From: Bacteroidales bacterium | GTDB lineage: Bacteria; Bacteroidota; Bacteroidia; Bacteroidales; UBA10428 | Assembly (NCBI GenBank): GCA_016933335.1 | Contig: JAFGBD010000011.1 | Coordinates: 50,946 to 114,945 of the forward strand | Direction of reading: 5' to 3' | Length of the DNA stretch: 64,000 bases | Shown: piece by piece, positions 58,035 to 64,000 of the stretch | How the letters are laid out: every line of letters begins with the position of its first letter | Numbering within the stretch: position 1 is the first letter of the stretch | Made by a program: the position numbers and the translations under genes | The notes under the pieces: model-generated | What the model saw: the letters and a program-made list of their open reading frames with translations, nothing else | The model's database searches: none | What the model was told of the DNA's origin: nothing

Positions 58035-61000
58035 TTAAAAATCAAGACTGAGGGAAAAGTAAAAAACCCTCGGACGAATCTGGTTATTTTCGATTCCCCA
58101 TGCCCAGTCGAGCCTTAGAAAATATCCGAGCAACTGGCTTCTTAGTCCGAAACCGTATCCTGCCACGATGGGTTCCCGGTCGGAGTCTAAAGTAACTTTA
58201 ATGGTACCTCGCTGTATTTCAGTGTAATCATAAGCATTTTCACCAGACCAGGGTGTTTTGCCGGACCATGCCGTACCGATATCAAAAAAACCTACAATCT
58301 GGAAATTTTCCAAAAAGCTGTTGCTTAGCGGGTAGTTGGCTAGATACTTGATGACCGGCCAGCGTATTTCCGAATTTATCAGCGCAAAATTATTCCCGTT
58401 TCTGATGTTTTGTGAAAATCCCCTCATATTGGTTGCGACGGTCTGATAAGCGTAATTCTCGGTTCTGTCAATAGGAATCTCACTGAGCGGAATGAATGTC
58501 GGTGTTTTTAACGGGGTGATATTGGTCCAGTTATCTACGCCCCCAAGATAGTAGATCAGTTTGCTTGAACCCTGTGAGGTGCTGGCAGCAAGGCGGTTAG
58601 CCCAGATAAGAGACCGGTGTATCTTTAGATAATGTCTGAAATCGGCACCAAAGACAACCAGTTCATCAAATCCGTCTGAGATTTTCTGATAAACCTCTGC
58701 AAAAATCTTGTATCTTGTCCCGCTGTATAAATTGGTACCCAGGAACCTGGTATTATCAAAAATATGATCTACCTTGATCCCTAACCAGTTTCTGTTGATA
58801 TTATCTTCCTCAAGGTAAAGCGCATCAGTGGATAAAAATACGGTCCTGTCGTTTCTGTACGTAAAAGTCAGTCCGGATGATCTGACCTGGTTGAACGGAT
58901 ATCGCATGATATATGACAGCTCGTGTGTATGGGTTTTCACAATGAACTCATAATCGTTATCGTCTGTTCCATAATTCTTAAATGCCTGCCTGTGAAATAT
59001 CAACTGCCTGTCCACCCTCTTTTTCAGATTTTCAAGGCTGATAAGATATTCATTGCTGTCAAAATCAGGTGATAACCTGAACCCGCCAATTATTTTGTAA
59101 TCCTCAAAAAGATCATTGGTCCCTAACTTGAAAAGGACATTCATGCCCGGGTTAAAATAAACCGCCCCGCCGGTAAATGCCTGGTAGGATTCATTTAAAA
59201 AACTGAAATCCACCTGATTGACAATAAAATTCTGATAAAAAGCTGTCTGATAAATCCTGACCTTTGGTCTTTTTTCAATGGTGGTATCCAGTGCAAGCCT
59301 GATGTTCTTGTCTTTCAGCTTAATATTGTAAAGATTGATTTTCTCACGTTCAAAAATATAATTATTGATATCAATCTTGTAATCACCAAGCTTAAGCGTA
59401 TCATTGTTTTCAGTAATGATACTGTTTTCCTTTAATTCCTGTATGTTGACGATGTTCATCTTAATGTTCCTGGTGCTGTCCCTGACCGTTAATTCCTGCT
59501 TTAATTTCTTACTGAAAGAGGTTTCTTCGATTTCATTCCCGGGTAACTGACCGCTATCAGCAGGATTCTGGAACATGTGATACCTGCCCTTATTATATAA
59601 TATCTCCCCCATAATACCTGATCCGGAATCGTAATCCTGTTCAATGATATTCCTTGAATAGTTGGTCAGGGGATAATTTCTGGCAATATACCTGTAATGT
59701 ACTGTTGTATCTATAAAACTGACGGTGCTGTCAAACATGGATATGTAACGGTTGATGATCCCCGATTTATCATTGAGCGAAAAATAGGTGTTTTTTGAGT
59801 TTTCCAGTGGTTGTCTCTTATTGGAATATGTATCATTATCCGATAATCTTACAAGGACATCTGATTTGTTTTTGTAATCATAGATAAAAAGATCAAATGA
59901 CAGAGAGGTCTGACGCCCGGAGGCTTCAATACTTATGGTGTCTGAAGTCCTGTTAGAGCTGAATATGATATCATCCGAATGATTGATAAACCTGGGATGA
60001 AAATCATCGGCAATATCATCGGTGACCTGATAATCGGTGCCCGCAGCGATGGTATGGACATAAATATCAGTCTTACCCTGCTTTACGCCTGAAAAAACAA
60101 AAAGACTTCCGTCATCTGAAAATGAAAAATCAATGATTTTGTCAAAATATAAAAGATTTCTGACTGTCAACTCTCTGGTATCTGTAAAATAATAATAGAG
60201 TTTCAGCCCTCCTTTTTCTTCTGTAATAAATGCCAGTATCTTTCCCGAAGGATGCCATGTCAGCACAGGATATGAATAATCAGTGATCTGTTCAAGCTTA
60301 TGTTCTCTTTTCAGTATTTTCTTTTTTTTCCTGCTGTGCACATCATACAGCCAGATCTTATACTGGCCTGATTCATTGGTAACATAAGCAATCCGATTTC
60401 CGTTCGGATTTACTTTTATCTGCTGATAAACCCTCTTTTTCCCTGGTTTTTTTATCATTTTGCCCGTACCGGGAACCTGCTCCATGGCTTCATCATTAGC
60501 ATACTGGTTTAAATAGAATCCCGTCCATTCATATGAAAGCTCTTTCAGTGATAATCCCAGGACATACAGAAATCCTGATTTTGCATTTTTGTTGATGCGT
60601 GTGAGGTATATGATGTTGGGTATAACCGATTCACCATAGGTCTCTGCGATAAACCTCCAGAATGAATGTCCTGCAATAACCGCATCCTCACCTGTCAGTC
60701 TGTTGAATTTTTCATACCGCCCGTTTACAATCCCGTCTTTTGTCCTGTTCTCCAGGTGATAATCCCAGTTATTTGAGAGATAAGAGATCAGGCCTTCAAA
60801 ATACCACGACGGAAGGTTAATCAGTGTTGAATTTGTCATATTATCCTTCAAATCCTGCCCGAATAACATCTGGTAACTCAAAACTCTTGCTATTGCGCCT
60901 TTTATCTGGTTCCTGAATTTACCAAGGTCGCCTTCATAGAATAAAAACACCTTGTTTTTACTTACTGTCGTAACACCCCCGATATTGTACTCCTCTTTTC

Positions 61001-61334
61001 CCGTAATGAGGTCAATATTGCTTTGCCTGAAATCAGACAACTTATTATAAACAATGAAAATAATTCTTCTGTCAAGCGTATAATCAAAAAAACCTTCAAT
61101 TTTCGGAATCTCTGTTTTGGCGAAATCAGCTGCATATTCGGCAAGTTGTCTTCCGTCCTGGTTGAAATAAACATCAAATTGTTCATAGCGTTCAAACGAC
61201 CAGAAAAAATCGTTGTACTGAACCCGGTTTTTCCCGAAAATCATCTCATGCCCGTTATAAAACTGAGCATTGGCAAGCATAAAGGAAATGATGCCTGCCC
61301 CGAATAAAATCCATACCTTTGAATGAATATGCAT
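58035..61334 (-). CDS. large outer-membrane protein: PD40/TolB-like beta-propeller fused to a C-terminal beta-barrel
   Basis: 1099 aa. N-terminal hydrophobic signal. PD40-like repeats (NPNGNRIAYVTNESGQYKIWLYD; WHPSGKILAFITEEKGG; FSDDGSLFVFSGVKQGKTDIYV). C-terminal amphipathic beta-strands ending ...VFYFSLSLDF, with the terminal Phe of an OMP beta-signal. Confidence 0.55.
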   Translation of the reverse strand: MHIHSKVWILFGAGIISFMLANAQFYNGHEMIFGKNRVQYNDFFWSFERYEQFDVYFNQDGRQLAEYAADFAKTEIPKIEGFFDYTLDRRIIFIVYNKLSDFRQSNIDLITGKEEYNIGGVTTVSKNKVFLFYEGDLGKFRNQIKGAIARVLSYQMLFGQDLKDNMTNSTLINLPSWYFEGLISYLSNNWDYHLENRTKDGIVNGRYEKFNRLTGEDAVIAGHSFWRFIAETYGESVIPNIIYLTRINKNAKSGFLYVLGLSLKELSYEWTGFYLNQYANDEAMEQVPGTGKMIKKPGKKRVYQQIKVNPNGNRIAYVTNESGQYKIWLYDVHSRKKKKILKREHKLEQITDYSYPVLTWHPSGKILAFITEEKGGLKLYYYFTDTRELTVRNLLYFDKIIDFSFSDDGSLFVFSGVKQGKTDIYVHTIAAGTDYQVTDDIADDFHPRFINHSDDIIFSSNRTSDTISIEASGRQTSLSFDLFIYDYKNKSDVLVRLSDNDTYSNKRQPLENSKNTYFSLNDKSGIINRYISMFDSTVSFIDTTVHYRYIARNYPLTNYSRNIIEQDYDSGSGIMGEILYNKGRYHMFQNPADSGQLPGNEIEETSFSKKLKQELTVRDSTRNIKMNIVNIQELKENSIITENNDTLKLGDYKIDINNYIFEREKINLYNIKLKDKNIRLALDTTIEKRPKVRIYQTAFYQNFIVNQVDFSFLNESYQAFTGGAVYFNPGMNVLFKLGTNDLFEDYKIIGGFRLSPDFDSNEYLISLENLKKRVDRQLIFHRQAFKNYGTDDNDYEFIVKTHTHELSYIMRYPFNQVRSSGLTFTYRNDRTVFLSTDALYLEEDNINRNWLGIKVDHIFDNTRFLGTNLYSGTRYKIFAEVYQKISDGFDELVVFGADFRHYLKIHRSLIWANRLAASTSQGSSKLIYYLGGVDNWTNITPLKTPTFIPLSEIPIDRTENYAYQTVATNMRGFSQNIRNGNNFALINSEIRWPVIKYLANYPLSNSFLENFQIVGFFDIGTAWSGKTPWSGENAYDYTEIQRGTIKVTLDSDREPIVAGYGFGLRSQLLGYFLRLDWAWGIENNQIRPRVFYFSLSLDF

Positions 61335-61448
61335 GTCCGCAATCAGCTTTATGAATGGATAAAATTATATCATTCCACGCAATAATCCATAAAAGACATA
61401 ATGATAATAAGCTTCCGGGATAAACATTCGGAGGTCATATAATTTTCA

Positions 61449-61456
61449 TAAATTTG
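61449..61456 (+). promoter_or_regulatory. -7 promoter box (TAAATTTG) upstream of the DUF1573 gene
   Basis: TAnnTTTG match ending 57 nt upstream of ATG 61514. It overlaps the track's TTG start at 61454, arguing against that start. Confidence 0.4.
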
Positions 61457-61513
61457 TCCCCGTTACATAATTTTCAACAATCAGATACCTCATTCTGTTT
61501 TAACCTGCTTATT

Positions 61514-62602
61514 ATGAAAAGACAAATTTTAATTCTCATTTTTCTGTCAGCAGCATCTGTCCGTTTCTTACCCGGCCAGTCAGATAAGGCATACATTGAA
61601 TTTACTGATACAGCGTATGACTTTGGTATTATCGAGGAAAGCAAGGGTATCGTCAGCCATGAGTTCATTTTTTCAAACAATGGCGGTTTGCCTCTTATAC
61701 TGAGCAGTGTCAGGCCAACATGCGGATGTACCACTCCCGAATGGACAAAGGAACCCGTCATGCCGGGTAAACTCGGAAGCATTAATGTCAGTTTCAATCC
61801 GAAAGGACGTCCGGGTCCCTTTTCAAAATCAATAACAGTATTCAGTAATGCGGCAAACAATAGTGTGGTTCTCATAATTAAAGGTTATGTAAGGCTGTTA
61901 AATGATCCCTTCAGCGAATACAAATATACCCTGGGCCCTCTGAAACTTAAAAGTATACATGCATCAATGGGGACCGTTTACAAGGGCGAAATAAAAAATA
62001 AGATCATCGAAATAGCAAATACCTCTGCCGGTGATCCCGTAAAAATCGAATTTAAAAAAATACCCGAATATCTTGATATAAAGATATCTCCCGAACAATT
62101 AAAACCCGGCGGGAGAGGAATCATCGAGGTTGTATTTTATTCAGATAAACTTGATGAGTGGGATTATGTCATTACCAGGCTCGTATTAACGATCAATAAT
62201 CAGATTATTCCGGATAACATGTTTACCGTTACAGCGGTCGTCAGGGAAGATTTCTCAAAACTTACGGCTGAAGAACTGAACATGTCTCCGAAAATCGTAT
62301 TTGAGAATGAGAAGATTGATTTTGGTACGATCCGGCCCGGTCAGAAAATTGAAAATGAATTTATTTTAAAAAATGTCGGCAAAACTGATTTAATAATCAG
62401 GAAAATAAGAGCTTCCTGCGGATGCACGGCAGTTGAACCGGATGTTAAAATCATCCGGCCTGGCAAATCAACCAAAATAAAGACAGTCTTTAATTCAGCC
62501 GGCAAATCCGGAAAACAGAAATATGCCATAACTGTTATCACCAATGATCCCAAAAACTATAAGAAAATATTATGGCTGGAAGGTACGGTTACAAAAGAAT
62601 AA
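61514..62602 (+). CDS. DUF1573 domain-containing secreted protein (tandem Ig-like modules)
   Basis: 362 aa from ATG 61514. Signal peptide MKRQILILIFLSAASV. Two DUF1573-type motifs with the CGC signature (VRPTCGCTTPEW; IRASCGCTAVEP). Confidence 0.8.
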   Translation: MKRQILILIFLSAASVRFLPGQSDKAYIEFTDTAYDFGIIEESKGIVSHEFIFSNNGGLPLILSSVRPTCGCTTPEWTKEPVMPGKLGSINVSFNPKGRPGPFSKSITVFSNAANNSVVLIIKGYVRLLNDPFSEYKYTLGPLKLKSIHASMGTVYKGEIKNKIIEIANTSAGDPVKIEFKKIPEYLDIKISPEQLKPGGRGIIEVVFYSDKLDEWDYVITRLVLTINNQIIPDNMFTVTAVVREDFSKLTAEELNMSPKIVFENEKIDFGTIRPGQKIENEFILKNVGKTDLIIRKIRASCGCTAVEPDVKIIRPGKSTKIKTVFNSAGKSGKQKYAITVITNDPKNYKKILWLEGTVTKE

Positions 62603-62614
62603 AACGTTCATCAG

Positions 62615-63706
62615 ATGAACAGCAGCCATAAACACAAAAACGCAATCAGTATCACCAAAGGAGCCGGTCTTTCATCATCAGCCGGTAAAAAAGCACTGCA
62701 TCAGCTTAAAAAGAAAAGACAATATTCGGTAAAAGAGTACCTGGAAGGTATCCTGAACGGTAACCGTATCATACTGAGTCAGGCAATCACATTGATTGAA
62801 AGCGCTCTTCCCGGGCACCGGAATATGGCGCAGGAGATCATTGAAAAATGCCTGCCTTATTCAGGTAAATCTTTGCGAATAGGTATTACGGGTGTTCCCG
62901 GTGCAGGCAAAAGTTCATTTATTGAAGCACTGGGTACCATGCTTGCTTCAGAAGGCCGCAGAATTGCAGTACTTGCAATTGATCCGACAAGTGAAAGATC
63001 CAAAGGAAGCATCCTGGGCGATAAAACAAGGATGGAAAATCTTGCAGCTTATCAGCATGCATTTATCAGGCCGTCTCCCTCAGCAGGGACTTTGGGCGGG
63101 GTGGCCAGAAAAACCAGGGAAACGATTTTTTTATGTGAAGCCGCAGGATTTGATACCATCTTCATTGAAACAGTTGGTGTTGGCCAGTCAGAAACAGCAG
63201 TTCATTCAATGGTTGACTTTTTTCTCTTATTGATGCTCGCAGGTGCAGGTGATGAATTACAGGGAATCAAAAGGGGCATCATCGAGATGGCAGATATGGT
63301 CGCAATTACAAAAGCCGATGGCACCAACACCAGGAAGGCAGAGCAGGCAATGGCTGCATATAACAGCGCCCTGCACCTTTTTCCGGCTGCCGAATCAGGC
63401 TGGATGCCACGTGTATTGACCTGCTCGGCTTATCAAAAAACCGGGATCAAAATGATATGGGAACTGATTACTGAGTATAAGGCATTTACCGTTAAGAATG
63501 GTTATTTTTCAAAAAAACGTAAAAAGCAATCACTTTACTGGATGTATGAGACCATTGACCAGAACCTGAAAGAAAATTTTTATCATACCACGGATATTAA
63601 ATCCCTGGCTGCCCGGTATGAAAAAGAAGTGCTTGACGATAAGATCAGTTCTTTCATGGCAGCCAGATTATTGCTGGAAAAATATTATTCCGGGAAGACA
63701 GTCTAA
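62615..63706 (+). CDS. meaB: methylmalonyl-CoA mutase-associated G3E GTPase MeaB/ArgK
   Basis: 363 aa. LSQAITLIES, P-loop GVPGAGKSSF, IETVGVGQSE and AITKADG motifs. Confidence 0.88.
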   Translation: MNSSHKHKNAISITKGAGLSSSAGKKALHQLKKKRQYSVKEYLEGILNGNRIILSQAITLIESALPGHRNMAQEIIEKCLPYSGKSLRIGITGVPGAGKSSFIEALGTMLASEGRRIAVLAIDPTSERSKGSILGDKTRMENLAAYQHAFIRPSPSAGTLGGVARKTRETIFLCEAAGFDTIFIETVGVGQSETAVHSMVDFFLLLMLAGAGDELQGIKRGIIEMADMVAITKADGTNTRKAEQAMAAYNSALHLFPAAESGWMPRVLTCSAYQKTGIKMIWELITEYKAFTVKNGYFSKKRKKQSLYWMYETIDQNLKENFYHTTDIKSLAARYEKEVLDDKISSFMAARLLLEKYYSGKTV

Positions 63707-64000
63707 AACCAATAGCCAATATTAACGTAAGTCAGGATATCTTTCCTCAGGTTGTTTTTCATAACCGAAAATTCCAGCGGACCGATCAGGCTCCTGAACC
63801 CATAAGTGAGTCCGTAACCAAAATAGAAATCTTCCGGAAAGGGAATGTCTTCAAAAAAAGCAGCTGTTTTCCCCACATTACCCCTTAACTGAATATAATG
63901 GCTTTTGAATACTTCATATTGCAGATCCAGTCCGAACGACAATACATTTTTACCGGCTCTTTCAAATAATTCCATCCCGATAAAAGGAAATATGCCTGTC
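63703..64000 (-). CDS. C-terminal end of an outer-membrane beta-barrel protein (N-terminus beyond window)
   Basis: Frame is open to base 64000. Ends ...GYGLTYGFRSLIGPLEFSVMKNN...YVNIGYWF, with the C-terminal aromatic of an OMP beta-signal. Resembles the Omp85-like C-termini of Bacteroidota patatin-type proteins (unverified). Confidence 0.45.
   Translation of the reverse strand, partial: TGIFPFIGMELFERAGKNVLSFGLDLQYEVFKSHYIQLRGNVGKTAAFFEDIPFPEDFYFGYGLTYGFRSLIGPLEFSVMKNNLRKDILTYVNIGYWF

Noticed and set aside
62615-63706. MeaB-type GTPase with no methylmalonyl-CoA mutase gene adjacent
   Set aside because: The mutase genes may simply lie outside the window. Unlinked meaB genes are not unusual, so this is not evidence of a new function.

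Overview
This is a 64-kb chromosomal segment from a Bacteroidota-type genome. Lineage-typical evidence: type III glutamine synthetase, a UpxY-type NusG paralog, BACON domains, a T9SS C-terminal sorting domain, a PorE-like protein, DUF5686, and TAnnTTTG -7 boxes 17-57 nt upstream of many gene starts. Most of the window is densely packed housekeeping: rtcB (partial), serS, rpmA, rplU, recQ, tatC, lptB, era, der, glnN, folB, glnS, waaA, kbl-tdh, dprA, tdk, rsmI, rmuC, meaB and one tRNA-Cys(GCA). I saw no CRISPR array, rRNA, transposase, integrase or recognisable defence system. Three real-looking genes are missing from the supplied ORF track: the edge-truncated rtcB, a 59-aa CWC cysteine-rich protein and a 55-aa 2x[4Fe-4S] ferredoxin. 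Several track ORFs start at upstream TTG/GTG codons that I trimmed. The best candidate for an undescribed system is a tightly overlapping five-gene envelope cluster (49.3-52.5 kb). It encodes a 2-TM secreted protein, a LolA-sized secreted protein, a signal-peptide-bearing YidD-domain paralog and two tandem TPR/membrane-hairpin paralogs, directly downstream of a UpxY-type NusG paralog. Other points of interest: ribosomal protein L21 with a 153-aa K/A/E/P tail built partly from four near-perfect 42-bp repeats; a 686-aa tail-fibre/YadA-head-like surface protein in a small accessory-looking stretch (31.3-37.6 kb) next to the tRNA-Cys, with a decayed gene relic; and an XRE regulator with an operator-like inverted repeat over its own -7 box. 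All functional calls rest on motif recognition by eye; no database search was run.
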